64,000 nt of DNA from IMG/VR virus record IMGVR_UViG_3300045988_108509, positions 1 to 64,000 of that record, one strand, 5' to 3'. Numbering within the stretch: the first letter of the stretch is position 1; every line of letters begins with the position of its first letter. The stretch is from a virus. The notes under the pieces were generated by a model. The model worked only from the letters and a program-made list of their open reading frames with translations. It was not told the origin of the DNA and ran no database searches. Positions 38,457-49,157 of this stretch are shown here, in pieces. The translations under genes and the position numbers were made by a program.

Positions 38457-38764
38457 CAATAGAACAACTAAATTATTTATTAAGAAAAGAGCTTTATGCT
38501 ATAAAAAACCATAAAGACAATATTGATAGAATCAAAAAAGAATACTTTGATTCCAATTATGGGTTAAAAGAAGGAGATAAGATCCGTATTTTACACGAAA
38601 CAGGAGATGAAATGATAGGCTTCTTGAAAAAAGTTGAAGTATGTGAAGACGGAGATCTGTACTTGACAATCCAAAAACAAAACGAAAAAGGTGACAGAGG
38701 CAGAGGAAAATGGAATATGTATCTATCATCAAAATTAATTAAAATAGAAAAATTATTAGATTAG
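38453..38764 (+). CDS. hypothetical protein
   Basis: ORF track. Confidence 0.45.
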   Translation: MTIEQLNYLLRKELYAIKNHKDNIDRIKKEYFDSNYGLKEGDKIRILHETGDEMIGFLKKVEVCEDGDLYLTIQKQNEKGDRGRGKWNMYLSSKLIKIEKLLD

Positions 38765-38771
38765 CAACGAT

Positions 38772-39302
38772 ATGATTAGAGCAAGATTTTACATTAAAAA
38801 ATCCGACTGCGACAACGACTACCGTCCAGTCAAATGGCCTATAAAATATCCATATTGGTGTAGTGCAGAATCCGATAATTCATTTGTATTGGTAGCGTAT
38901 GCTGAAGATGAAGACAGCATAAAAGAATTGTGGCCGGAGGCGTATGATATTAATGTCTTAGAGAAAGATACCGAAATTAGATTCACATTAAGATTTCCTA
39001 AGCCGGAATGGTATGAATTGTACGAAAAGGAATTAGAAAAATATAATAGATTCATATGGATTACAGATGCGTGCATGAGAGACGGTATAATAAGAAAAGT
39101 AAAAGCTAAGATAGAAGAGTATGATGGTCTTTTGTTAGCCGACATTCCTGATAGGTTTACTCCTTATGAAATAGGAAGGGATGCTTTTGAGAGCAAAGAA
39201 GAAGCTTTAAAACATGCAGAGAAACGGAGAACGTACCTGATCGAGTCTACTAAGAAACAATTGAATGAACTTGAAAATCTAAAATTTAAATGCGATGATT
39301 AA
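38772..39302 (+). CDS. hypothetical protein
   Basis: ORF track. Confidence 0.5.
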   Translation: MIRARFYIKKSDCDNDYRPVKWPIKYPYWCSAESDNSFVLVAYAEDEDSIKELWPEAYDINVLEKDTEIRFTLRFPKPEWYELYEKELEKYNRFIWITDACMRDGIIRKVKAKIEEYDGLLLADIPDRFTPYEIGRDAFESKEEALKHAEKRRTYLIESTKKQLNELENLKFKCDD

Positions 39303-40008
39303 TTACGCAGCAAAAGCCAGAAAAGTTTATTTGATAAACAATTTCGATAAGATTCTTAACAGCCTCAACACGCTTCATTCAACGGTTGAGACCATGACGT
39401 TGTTCGTAAACGACCAGGCTTATAATTACATTCTTAAGCTAAAGGAGGTAATTAAAACCAGTCCTATGTATAAGCACAATATCAAGCGTCTTTTAAATGA
39501 CATGGACAAAGAGATAAAGAAGTACAATGCTTCTATCTACTACATAAATAAAGAGCGTAGTGAGGTTATGGCTGATATAACACAAGCGATGGAGGATTGC
39601 CTCATGCCATACATAGACGACCTGGCCGGCGCTATAAGGGCAGTCGTGTGGTCGAGGGGTGTGTCCGAGGAGCGGACGGAAGCGGCGGTACTGTCCCTAA
39701 TCGTATCCTCCTTGGCCATGACATCAGGCAGACTTATTTCAGGTGGATATCAGATCATGAAAGAAATGGGTGGTGGCTGGGGTGGTAATCCATTTACGTT
39801 TATGAGCATTGATAAGATAAGACACTTATCTACATCATTATCTGATGCTATTACCGGTGGGGAAATAGCTCTTGAAGAAAAAGAAGCCAATGACATAACT
39901 AAGGCAATGGATATTTTTATTGAGAAAATGTCTGATTCGGATATTGTTGATAAGGTGATCAGCATACTTGAAGAGGCTGAATCTAAAAATAAGGAGGAGC
40001 GATCGTGA
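39295..40008 (+). CDS. hypothetical protein (GC-rich island 39590-39720)
   Basis: ORF track. Confidence 0.5.
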   Translation: MINYAAKARKVYLINNFDKILNSLNTLHSTVETMTLFVNDQAYNYILKLKEVIKTSPMYKHNIKRLLNDMDKEIKKYNASIYYINKERSEVMADITQAMEDCLMPYIDDLAGAIRAVVWSRGVSEERTEAAVLSLIVSSLAMTSGRLISGGYQIMKEMGGGWGGNPFTFMSIDKIRHLSTSLSDAITGGEIALEEKEANDITKAMDIFIEKMSDSDIVDKVISILEEAESKNKEERS

Positions 40009-40196
40009 ATTATTTGGATGGGTATGTAGAAGAAGTTCTTTCTGAGCCGTACTATGATGATTACGGATCTGGGATTTTTAGGTGGTGGGTGAAAGTATCT
40101 TACGTTTGCGAAGGCATAGGAGCTGTCACTACCTTAATGTTTGATACGAGAGAAGAAGCGGAGACAGTAAAACCAGGTTACAAATTTTTATGCTGA
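40005..40196 (+). CDS. hypothetical protein
   Basis: ORF track. Confidence 0.4.
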   Translation: MNYLDGYVEEVLSEPYYDDYGSGIFRWWVKVSYVCEGIGAVTTLMFDTREEAETVKPGYKFLC

Positions 40197-40203
40197 AAAT
40201 AAT

Positions 40204-40440
40204 ATGAAGTATTTTATTTTATTGATGGCACTTGTGTTATCATCATGTTCGCATGATGATAGTCAGGTTAATAACGGATGGGTTATATATGATCTACGTC
40301 CTTTAGAAGATGGATGTATAATGTATTATGGTGAAGACGAAAGAATTTCAATATTTTATAATAATAGGCTTATAAAATTCGTTGGATACCAAGGGGAATA
40401 CAATATAGGAGATTCTATTAAAATCGTAAAAGTGAAATAA
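40204..40440 (+). CDS. small lipoprotein (signal peptide MKYFILLMALVLSSC with lipobox)
   Basis: N-terminal hydrophobic region ending L-S-S-C. Confidence 0.5.
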   Translation: MKYFILLMALVLSSCSHDDSQVNNGWVIYDLRPLEDGCIMYYGEDERISIFYNNRLIKFVGYQGEYNIGDSIKIVKVK

Positions 40441-40441
40441 T

Positions 40442-40930
40442 ATGAAAAATAATTTAAAACTCGTATGTCCAAAATGTGGCACCCCTCACCAGCCTCATTC
40501 TCCGCACACGATGGATGCAGATGGATTTGAAAGGTGTGAGATAAGAACTGTCATGGAAGACAGGGGATGGTGCTACGAATGCTCTTTTTGGCAAAATATG
40601 TACGACAAGCACAAAGACGATCCTGGATGGGTTAGGATAGACGGTGAAAGCTGGGTACTTAAGCCTATGGTGGAAAACGTACCGAGCGGATGGAACAGCC
40701 TTGGATGTGGTGGAAGAAAAATGTATATCAATATCGAAGGGAAAGGCATTGTTACATCAAATAACTGCTGGTGTCAAGGTGATGTTTCGGACGCATTCAA
40801 GGATCTGATGCCTGATAATGCTACTTGGGCTACGAAGGAGGAATTTGACAAAGCTCCTGTAGTAGGATATATTGTAGAAGGTATTGGTTTAGTTTTCACA
40901 GATAGGGAAGGTCATGAAGTTAATGCTTAG
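40442..40930 (+). CDS. Cys-rich zinc-binding hypothetical protein
   Basis: ORF track; CPKCG...C..C. Confidence 0.5.
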   Translation: MKNNLKLVCPKCGTPHQPHSPHTMDADGFERCEIRTVMEDRGWCYECSFWQNMYDKHKDDPGWVRIDGESWVLKPMVENVPSGWNSLGCGGRKMYINIEGKGIVTSNNCWCQGDVSDAFKDLMPDNATWATKEEFDKAPVVGYIVEGIGLVFTDREGHEVNA

Positions 40931-40973
40931 AAACTTATTTCATGTTCTGCTTATACAAGAAAAGATGGTAACT

Positions 40974-41020
40974 ACAACAGTCCCCAACCATACAATAGGC
41001 GTACGGTTGGGGACTGTTGT
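40974..41020. terminator. bidirectional Rho-independent terminator between convergent gene blocks: perfect 16-bp stem ACAACAGTCCCCAACC/GGTTGGGGACTGTTGT, 15-nt loop
   Basis: Read directly. It lies between the + stop (40930) and the - stop (41020-41022). Confidence 0.75.
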
Positions 41021-41757
41021 CATATCGTAAAATTAAGTGTTTTTTTTAATATCAGATATTCAGTATGAACTTTACTTCCTCCATCATCTATCAAGTCCAA
41101 ATTAATATAAGCTGTATATGATACATGATGATCACCAGGAGCAAGACGTTTCATTTCTGATAAGAACATAGAATTTAAACCTTGGCCAGACCATGATTCT
41201 GGATATGGCAAAGGTGTAAAGTCGGCGTCTGTACATCTCACAATCCAAGTAAGATTAGGATCTGCCCTAACTATTCTATCATGAGGTCCATCAATTACAA
41301 GGTCTGGCATCTCATATTGGTAACTATCATAATTAAGGACAATAGGATCACCAAAGTTTACACCGTATATAGCAGCAGGTGGAGTAAAGCTTGTTATTAA
41401 AAAGGTTCTATTAATCCTATTGGTTGTTCTTAGCGTAAACCCATCAGGTGCTATCACACTTACTCTAAATCCATAATAAGGAGAGGTTGTTAAAGCAATA
41501 GCAAGAGCCACCGAATCCTGTTCAAGCAATTCCTCTGTCGTATCAACCCTATTATCGATCTCTTGCCTATCTTCCATTGGAACACCGCCTTGGACACTTA
41601 TGGAATCCAACCGTTCTTTTTTAGACAGAAAGATAAATTGCCCGCCCTGTGGAATGGTGCCTACTTTCTTTCCTTCTACGATTACCCCACCCCCTATACA
41701 GTTACTAACTATTTTATACTCATATAGTTTAGCGTTATTTTCAAATCTTCTTCTCAT
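41020..41757 (-). CDS. hypothetical virion/tail-associated protein; N-terminus MRRRFENN shared with the next gene
   Basis: ORF track. Confidence 0.5.
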   Translation of the reverse strand: MRRRFENNAKLYEYKIVSNCIGGGVIVEGKKVGTIPQGGQFIFLSKKERLDSISVQGGVPMEDRQEIDNRVDTTEELLEQDSVALAIALTTSPYYGFRVSVIAPDGFTLRTTNRINRTFLITSFTPPAAIYGVNFGDPIVLNYDSYQYEMPDLVIDGPHDRIVRADPNLTWIVRCTDADFTPLPYPESWSGQGLNSMFLSEMKRLAPGDHHVSYTAYINLDLIDDGGSKVHTEYLILKKTLNFTI

Positions 41758-41761
41758 AATT

Positions 41762-42379
41762 TCATAAAATTAATTCAGTAAAAGGACGGACATAATGTGA
41801 ACTACCCCTTGAACCTGTATCCAAATGATCTCCTTGGATGTTTATATCATAATACCACGAATAGGAAAATTTTGTATTTTGAGTGGATGTCCACATTCTA
41901 TTACTCATTATCGTACCTCCTACCATTAAAAGGCATTCGTTTATTTCATTAGCATACAATGATATCAAAAAAAACTCTCCGGCGCCACCTACATATCCAT
42001 TTTGACCATTTTTAAATAAATAGCTATTAGCTTTATTAAAAGCGTAATCTGTATTACTGGTATCATATTCAAGATACGCATTCTGATTTTCACGCCCCCA
42101 ATAATCCTTTTTAATAGTTCCAATATGAGAACTATCTTGTGTAAATATATTGTCTATTTCTCCATCCTTACCCCAACGAAATGTGCCAATATATTCGGTG
42201 GCTATAACAAAACACACTTTATCTACAAGAGCTATTCCATTGCATAGATCATTGGAATATCCTTTATTAGACCAATTTTCTTTTGTATATAATCCTCCAT
42301 CTACATGTTGGATGTATATGCCTTTATTGATTATAAGCGAGGGATTTACCCCCATCCCTATTTGAAATCTTCGTCTCAT
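41762..42379 (-). CDS. putative receptor-binding protein with DUF1566/Lcl-C-like lectin-type domain (MWTSTQ...SWYYDI..G...SRGSSHYVRPF); start moved to MRRRFQIG
   Basis: Motif similarity is by eye. ORF track 41762..42466. Confidence 0.4.
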   Translation of the reverse strand: MRRRFQIGMGVNPSLIINKGIYIQHVDGGLYTKENWSNKGYSNDLCNGIALVDKVCFVIATEYIGTFRWGKDGEIDNIFTQDSSHIGTIKKDYWGRENQNAYLEYDTSNTDYAFNKANSYLFKNGQNGYVGGAGEFFLISLYANEINECLLMVGGTIMSNRMWTSTQNTKFSYSWYYDINIQGDHLDTGSRGSSHYVRPFTELIL

Positions 42380-42422
42380 GATTTTTGTTTGCAAGATAGC
42401 AATAATTGACAACATAAAAGAA

Positions 42423-42456
42423 ACCGGTTCCCTATCATCTCTGACTGAGAACCGGT
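42423..42456 (-). terminator. hairpin ACCGGTTC-N18-GAACCGGT, followed on the minus strand by TTTCTTTTATGTT; terminator after the 2140-aa gene
   Basis: Read directly. Confidence 0.45.
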
Positions 42457-42592
42457 AAGAAAACAATTTCAGAAAAAATTTAACCTACATAATCTTTCAA
42501 GTAAGAACAAAAAACGTACAATCTACTCTTTGACGATGCTAATATAGCATATTGGAATCATACAAAAACAATGCAAGTCCGATATTCTTCGT

Positions 42593-45500
42593 CTATTTGT
42601 AGCTTGTATCCTCATCACCTTCCGAATCAGGAGTGGCGCCGATGAAGAACATCATTGACTTGTTGTTCGTCTGCTGCCACCAATTATAAGCGCGCGCTAC
42701 GTCTTCCGGCGTCTTGATATTATACCATTGTTTGATAAACGTCTGTTTGGCGAGTTGCCTAAATAACTTAGACTCTCCTTTGTATGTGCCGGATGTTACT
42801 TTATCAAGTGAATAATTCCTAAGATCGGTAAGATCCTTCAGTTTCCGCCCCATAACAAACGGATCATTAATGATATCTACTACGTTAAGCTCCATAATAA
42901 ACGGCATCTGTGAAGCTATTTCGTTTATGGTTCTGAATCCGACATAGGATCCGAATTGAGTAAGCCAACTTTCTTCGTTTTCATCATCATCACGCCATCC
43001 GGCAAGAAGCATAGATACGGCCTGCATGATAAGGAACGTGCCGGCATAGACACTGAGACGTTTGAGATTGGTTTTTTCTACCTCATTCATATTGTCTTTA
43101 TTTTCATTCCAGGCATCTATGATGTTTTTCATACCAGACTCGGAAGCTAAGCTAAATGTTTTGGCTATCATATTCTTTAACGTAATTGACAGTCCTTCCT
43201 CTTCTTGCATTGTCTGGAAATTGAAGCCACGTCTTTTCCACAGACGTTGAGCCGCCAGCACCAACCATCCTCGGTGGGCGGTCATGAACCTGGCTATCCA
43301 GTTGCGCGATGCGGCAGTTCGGTTTTCTTCATTCAAAGATCCGTTACATATCTGCGACAAGCTACGGACTTGATTCCTGGTTATAGCCATCTGGGTTTCT
43401 ACTTCCTCAACAGTAACACCCGATCCGGGCTTTACAACCACCTTCCCATCCACGACGTCTACCATACTCCATAAAGTACGATCTTTTAATGCATTCCATT
43501 CTCTTTTTATGGTACTCTGTTCTTTATTGCGTTCTTTTTCCATCTTGAAATCTTGGAACGTGTAGAACCGGCCTTTGTAATAACGAACATTGTCCATAGT
43601 AGCAATCATAACCTGCGGATCAAGAGGGTAGTTCAGGATTTCCATAAAAGCATACATAGGCGAACGCATTAAGGTCCTGGCCGCTCTATTGTATCCGGCA
43701 CCATACATACGATTTCGGATATTGAATATCCCCATTCTCTCACCTATGACATATAATTTGCTTTTCCTATCTATGTCTCCGGTTTCTGCTATACAAGATG
43801 ACGCAAGACGTGAAAACTCAGCCGATGCGTATTTAAGGGAGTCTTTGCTTATATACTGTCCTACGGCAGATTCCATGATGAGGTTGATATGACCTGTCAG
43901 GGCGCCGGTAGCTGCCACAAACGGAGACAGTGCCAAGTTCATAACCGACATAAATCTTTCAACAGCCATCATAATTCTTGTAAGGTCTACCGTATATCCT
44001 CCGATGTTCACCGTAAGTTTTTTGGTGTTCATCCTAATGCCATAATAATGATCGTTGAAGAAGTCCCTGAACATCTGATATGCTTGGGTTGCTTCAGCCT
44101 TTTTACCGCCTTCAAATTGTTTGTTCAGCAACATCTGCTCCAGTCCTTGAGCGAGCTCTATAGACTTCTGCTTTTCGTTGTATAACGATGACTGCATCAT
44201 AAGCATCGAATAAGAGTAGCCAAAATCGTGAGATACATCATCTTGGTTCTCCAACTCATATATGTAGTATTTAGGTATAGACCTAAGTCTGTCTTCCGGA
44301 TCATATACTTCCCCTTGCCTGGTCTTACCATATAGAGAATCGTCTACTCTGTCCAGGCACAGATCTGATACAAAATTACGAACCGTATTTTTGAAGTTAA
44401 TACCCAATCCTTCCATACGTTCTATGTCTTGTTTTGATATCTGTGGAATAGCATACAAATTGGGACTCTGCTCTTTGTATAGATCAAGGGATTGTCTTTT
44501 TATTTCCTTGAGTTTTTGAATCATATTCCACTGCTCTACGTTTTTAGTAGCAACTTCATTACCGTCAGCATCATACTTGATACCAAAGTCATTGAAATAC
44601 GATTCATCACGATACAGGCTTTTCTTAGGCATGCGATGACCATACCCATGATCTTTTACATAATCAGGATTACGGCCGCTATTTTCGGCTTCAGATTCAG
44701 CCACCCATGCCCTTGCAGGATCGAAAGACAGGTACGATATGTCCATGCCATAATCTTGGGTGGATGTACCGTTTTGTACGTCCTTAACCATCTGCGCCAC
44801 ATCTATCTCACCTCGACCTATTTTGTCGATCATGGCCGCATATCCGGTAGGCGCCATGCGTTTATAGTACGAAAAGACCTGGCTCCTGGCAAATTCATTA
44901 ACAATAGCATTGGTCTCTTCTATGCCCTCTTCTCTTGTATTATTTAAAAACAAGCTGGCCATCTTAGCATTAACAGCATTCCTGAAATCTCTACCGTCTA
45001 ATTCTTTGCTTATACCAAGCTTTTCTGACAGGTAGTTGGTTTCAGATACGGTAAACAGATATCGGTTATCAGCAGCCTTAAACAGCTTATCCCTTAAAGC
45101 CTGAATCCTTTTTGCTTTCTTCGCCGTAGTATGACGTTGTACGAACTTCCATTCCACTTCCTTGGAGTCAGCAAGAGCATTTAAATAAGACTGATTTACT
45201 TCGTTTTCGGCCTTACTGCTTTTAGTAAGGTACTTATCAATATCTTCAAGACCCACCATCTTAGCATAATCTATTAAGATAGCGTAATCAGCTTCAATAG
45301 CTTCAGATGCGGCCCTAAAAGCATCTCTTTCAGATGAGGTAAATGTCGCTTCGTTAATTTCTCCGATATCAGCCACATCTCGGTTGTTTCCGATTATTTC
45401 CTTGATAATGGCCTTATTTTTTTCTATATCTTTCACAATCGAATCCACGTCAGTCGCATCTCTATCACTTGTCGTAGAACTAATGATATCATGCGCCATT

Positions 45501-48500
45501 TTAAGATACGAAGCCTTGTTATTTGATTCGGTACGCGCCGACTGTTCCGATTCTACGTCATTCCAAAACCGATCGTTGAATGACAGGTGACCCCCCAACA
45601 TAAGCGTCTTCAGCGCAGCTTCTCCTCCTGACTCGTTCTGAATCGTTCTTAATTTTTGCAAAAACGATTCTGATACGGCATTAGTGGCATTATTTGATTC
45701 TTTTCTCCAAACTTCATTTATGGCTTGTATTTCTTTGGCCATCTTAAGTTGGTCGCCGGTTTTTTCCACTCTCCTGGTTCCTACATATATGTATTCTGAA
45801 GCTGCTTCCTTACGTTGTTTACGAAGCAGTCCTTCTTCTTCGTAATTGCTGCTTTTAAAATAGGCAACCTCATCAAAATTACCACCGCTATCAATAAAAG
45901 GCTGCCTCAATATCCGTTTTTGCCTGGATAGAGCATTAAGGTATTCTTTGGTTGTTTGAGAAACCGGATGCCCTAATTCTTCTTCAGCCTTTTTGTATAT
46001 GGATTCCATTCTTGTGGCATAACTTTCGCTAAATTCCAGTTCCGAATTTTCAGCATCCCACTTTTCCATCTGCTCTGTATAGATCTTTTCCTGCTCGATG
46101 GTAAAAATATCGGTATTAACTCTATCAGACGATGGTTTGAATTTAGCGTTTTCAGTAACCGTATTTCCATCCTTGTCAACTACTTCTCTTTTAAATACGT
46201 AATTACGGTTATTGTCAACCACATCACCAATTTCTTCTTCTGATATCTCTATGTTCATGGCAGTCGCAAACGCTCGCATCTGCGCCAGCTTCTTATTACG
46301 ATCGTATTTAGCCATATCAAGAGCACTACGAAGGTAATTAGAAGTTTTGCCGTCTACTTTCTGAAGCAGTTTTTCAAATTCAGATTTGTTAAAACCATGC
46401 TTTTTAGCATATGCCAGGAAGTCGGATATGGCGGGCTGGGCATTCACCATCGCATTGTAATTGTCTTTGGCAATCATAGCTCCAAGAGCGTTATTGAACG
46501 GGCTGGAGGAATGTTCTAATATACCGAACCACCTACTTATCCAAGAAACATCGTGTTGAACCTTGTCAAAAAATTCTTTTACTCTCTTTACCTTATCTGC
46601 CGGCACATGAAGTTCGTTCATTAACTTATCAAGCAACGTACTTTCATCAAGGTCTTGTACTGATTTAATATCAGAATGAATACCATTGATGTCGGCAATG
46701 ACGGTATTGATCCTATTTGTATAATCCTGCTTTTCACGTTCATCAAATTCGGTACTTCTGTTACGGATATATCCTCGAAGATCGTTCATGATCGGAAGAA
46801 CCTGATTGTTGATAATATCTACGTTCTTTCGATCATTGGTATTGAAGTGAAGCTTACCGTCTTTGGTATCACCATGAAGGATGGTGTTTACCACATTACT
46901 TAAGTATCTGACCTGAGCTTCGGCTGTGGAGATCATGCTGTTCATGGCAGCCGCCATCTCATTCTTGTCTATTTCGGTCTCTACCTTATTTATCTTATCT
47001 TCTATGGTCTTAAGCTGCGCAAGGGTCATAGACGTAGTTACAGCCCTATCAGAGCTTATCTGACGTAAGTCTCTTAAGGTTTTTCTTAATGCCAGGATCT
47101 TAGACTCAAGAAACTTGTTCTTGTTCATAGAAGAAAGGGAGTATAATGTAAAGTCATTATCCTTTAACAGAGAGGTGTCAAATCCTTTATCTATGTCAGT
47201 AATGGCAAGATCACGAATGTTTTTAATAACGTTATTCAAATCTTGTCTTTGGGTTGATAAAGCTGATTTAAGCCAGCTTACGATTCCAGATAGAAACTGC
47301 CGGACGCGCCCCAGGAAGGAGGTGGGCTCTACCGGCGCCTGCGCTGTGCCGGTCTGCATCTCCCTGGCGAGGATCTTTCCAAGAATTTCTCTCCTAACGG
47401 CATTATCAAGCTCAGCTCCTTCATATACCTTACCGTATGTATTATAATACTGACCTGCATACTGGTTCCACTCTTCCGTACCTTCTACATCTTGCAGAAC
47501 AGCCTCAACAGCATTCTGATCTCTGTATGCCTCTACAAGGAAGTGGGCTGTTTCTTCTACTAAATCGGATAAAGTAGCATCTTCACCAACTGCTATTACG
47601 TTATTGGCAATATCCGCCAATGCCTTAGCAGAAGGTTCATGCCCGTATTTGGTTTGGTACTTCTCTATATAGTCGGTCATACCTATGACACTAACGCCAA
47701 GAGTTTTCAGTATCTCGACAATAGAATTTCGTTGGTCACGTTCCTGCCTGCTATAATCTGATACGATCTTAGCTTTAGTATCAGCATAAAGATCGTTGTC
47801 TTCTAATATGAATGAAACTACAAGCGCATCAAAATGATCGTACTTGGCGTCCAATTCATTGTATCTTCCTGACTTAAGATCGTTCTTTATCTGCTCTTTG
47901 CTAACCCTTTCCGTTCCTCCGGTGGCGAGTCTCATCGTTACCTTACTGTTATCCAACGAGCTTATGGTTATCATACCTTGATCGTTCATGGAAACATCGG
48001 AACCAAAATGATTACGGAGCTCAGTGTAGGATAAGGCTGAATTGAAAAGTCTAATTTGTCCTGTATGACCTTCTCCTGTAAGATAATAGCTTCTTGTTTC
48101 AGGATCGAATATCTTAGATCCGGACAAAAGACCTTTCTTTATAAGGTAGTTAATTATACCACCTTTTGTTGATAAAGAAGTGGAAGCAGAAGCGGTCATG
48201 ACCGGTATAAAAGATTTTGGATTATTAAGAACATACTTTCCAGCTTTGTAAGTAATGTCTGCCACGCCATCCACGGTAGATTCTTGAACAGTGCCTGATA
48301 AGAATCCTATTCTAATATCATTCCCGCCAGAGCGAAGAGCTTCTCCGTAATCTTCAAATAATTGACTACGATCGTTCATGAAAAACAAACGAGGCTCTCC
48401 GGTCTGATACGTTACACCCACAGGATTAGAATCTGTCTGTGGTAACTCTTCTGGGCTAAATATCTTAAGACCGTCTTTTATAACCATATAATTAACACCC

Positions 48501-49015
48501 TTATCCTGTACCATAGATACGGGAGTGAAGTCCGAAGATATAGCATCTTGTAGATACTGCCCGGCGTCTATTCCTGGTTCTTCCGGTACGGAAATACTTG
48601 ACGGAACCATAGCATCCACCAACATAATATTATCACCCAGATCTTGGCTGTAGAATCCAAAGCCCGATTCTCGGATTTCATAAGGTGCATCTGATTTTGA
48701 TACAAGAACAGGGTTACTCATCTTAGAAGCCTTATCCAGCACCCTTTCTCTATAGGCTTCCGGAATAAGATCGATGTTGGATTTTACCTTATTATAAGCC
48801 GGTTTGTTGATAGGCACTCTCTTTATCCAGTCGCCAAAAGCCTTTAAGAACTTATTAGAAAATACGGTTTTAAAAACAGCAGTAGCCCGCTCCCTGTTCT
48901 CCATAAGAGGAATAGATGCTATCTTATCAAACAACATAGACCTGTCCCCTGATCTGGTAGAGACAGAAACAACTTTCTTTTTATTATCTCTTTTAATAAT
49001 ACACGTTGATACCAT
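42593..49015 (-). CDS. giant 2140-aa protein (probable virion-associated/structural or ejection protein; function unknown)
   Basis: Uninterrupted 6.4-kb ORF. No Walker motif or RNAP DxDGD motif was seen. Confidence 0.7.
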   Translation of the reverse strand: MVSTCIIKRDNKKKVVSVSTRSGDRSMLFDKIASIPLMENRERATAVFKTVFSNKFLKAFGDWIKRVPINKPAYNKVKSNIDLIPEAYRERVLDKASKMSNPVLVSKSDAPYEIRESGFGFYSQDLGDNIMLVDAMVPSSISVPEEPGIDAGQYLQDAISSDFTPVSMVQDKGVNYMVIKDGLKIFSPEELPQTDSNPVGVTYQTGEPRLFFMNDRSQLFEDYGEALRSGGNDIRIGFLSGTVQESTVDGVADITYKAGKYVLNNPKSFIPVMTASASTSLSTKGGIINYLIKKGLLSGSKIFDPETRSYYLTGEGHTGQIRLFNSALSYTELRNHFGSDVSMNDQGMITISSLDNSKVTMRLATGGTERVSKEQIKNDLKSGRYNELDAKYDHFDALVVSFILEDNDLYADTKAKIVSDYSRQERDQRNSIVEILKTLGVSVIGMTDYIEKYQTKYGHEPSAKALADIANNVIAVGEDATLSDLVEETAHFLVEAYRDQNAVEAVLQDVEGTEEWNQYAGQYYNTYGKVYEGAELDNAVRREILGKILAREMQTGTAQAPVEPTSFLGRVRQFLSGIVSWLKSALSTQRQDLNNVIKNIRDLAITDIDKGFDTSLLKDNDFTLYSLSSMNKNKFLESKILALRKTLRDLRQISSDRAVTTSMTLAQLKTIEDKINKVETEIDKNEMAAAMNSMISTAEAQVRYLSNVVNTILHGDTKDGKLHFNTNDRKNVDIINNQVLPIMNDLRGYIRNRSTEFDEREKQDYTNRINTVIADINGIHSDIKSVQDLDESTLLDKLMNELHVPADKVKRVKEFFDKVQHDVSWISRWFGILEHSSSPFNNALGAMIAKDNYNAMVNAQPAISDFLAYAKKHGFNKSEFEKLLQKVDGKTSNYLRSALDMAKYDRNKKLAQMRAFATAMNIEISEEEIGDVVDNNRNYVFKREVVDKDGNTVTENAKFKPSSDRVNTDIFTIEQEKIYTEQMEKWDAENSELEFSESYATRMESIYKKAEEELGHPVSQTTKEYLNALSRQKRILRQPFIDSGGNFDEVAYFKSSNYEEEGLLRKQRKEAASEYIYVGTRRVEKTGDQLKMAKEIQAINEVWRKESNNATNAVSESFLQKLRTIQNESGGEAALKTLMLGGHLSFNDRFWNDVESEQSARTESNNKASYLKMAHDIISSTTSDRDATDVDSIVKDIEKNKAIIKEIIGNNRDVADIGEINEATFTSSERDAFRAASEAIEADYAILIDYAKMVGLEDIDKYLTKSSKAENEVNQSYLNALADSKEVEWKFVQRHTTAKKAKRIQALRDKLFKAADNRYLFTVSETNYLSEKLGISKELDGRDFRNAVNAKMASLFLNNTREEGIEETNAIVNEFARSQVFSYYKRMAPTGYAAMIDKIGRGEIDVAQMVKDVQNGTSTQDYGMDISYLSFDPARAWVAESEAENSGRNPDYVKDHGYGHRMPKKSLYRDESYFNDFGIKYDADGNEVATKNVEQWNMIQKLKEIKRQSLDLYKEQSPNLYAIPQISKQDIERMEGLGINFKNTVRNFVSDLCLDRVDDSLYGKTRQGEVYDPEDRLRSIPKYYIYELENQDDVSHDFGYSYSMLMMQSSLYNEKQKSIELAQGLEQMLLNKQFEGGKKAEATQAYQMFRDFFNDHYYGIRMNTKKLTVNIGGYTVDLTRIMMAVERFMSVMNLALSPFVAATGALTGHINLIMESAVGQYISKDSLKYASAEFSRLASSCIAETGDIDRKSKLYVIGERMGIFNIRNRMYGAGYNRAARTLMRSPMYAFMEILNYPLDPQVMIATMDNVRYYKGRFYTFQDFKMEKERNKEQSTIKREWNALKDRTLWSMVDVVDGKVVVKPGSGVTVEEVETQMAITRNQVRSLSQICNGSLNEENRTAASRNWIARFMTAHRGWLVLAAQRLWKRRGFNFQTMQEEEGLSITLKNMIAKTFSLASESGMKNIIDAWNENKDNMNEVEKTNLKRLSVYAGTFLIMQAVSMLLAGWRDDDENEESWLTQFGSYVGFRTINEIASQMPFIMELNVVDIINDPFVMGRKLKDLTDLRNYSLDKVTSGTYKGESKLFRQLAKQTFIKQWYNIKTPEDVARAYNWWQQTNNKSMMFFIGATPDSEGDEDTSYK

Positions 49016-49038
49016 GATAAAACATTTTTGTTATGAGA

Positions 49039-49046
49039 CAAAGGTA
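49039..49046 (-). promoter_or_regulatory. candidate -7 element TACCTTTG (minus strand), 23 nt upstream of the ATG of the 2140-aa gene
   Basis: Reverse complement of CAAAGGTA; matches TAnnTTTG. Confidence 0.3.
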
Positions 49047-49075
49047 GTTAAAAATCAAGCATATCATAAAAAATA

Positions 49076-49105
49076 AAGCCATCTAACTTCTCAGTCTGAT
49101 GGCTT
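49076..49105. terminator. hairpin AAGCCATC-N14-GATGGCTT flanked by A-runs on + (T-runs on -); terminator separating the upstream small-gene block from the 2140-aa gene
   Basis: Read directly. Confidence 0.55.
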
Positions 49106-49157
49106 AAAAATAATATGAAAAAAAATTATAATCTGACGAAAAATCGTCAAGTTCAGC

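Noticed and set aside
42593-49015. Calling the 2140-aa protein a virion RNA polymerase
   Set aside because: No DxDGD or NADFDGD-like metal-binding motif, nor other RNAP signatures, were recognisable by eye. The idea is kept only as a hypothesis in findings.
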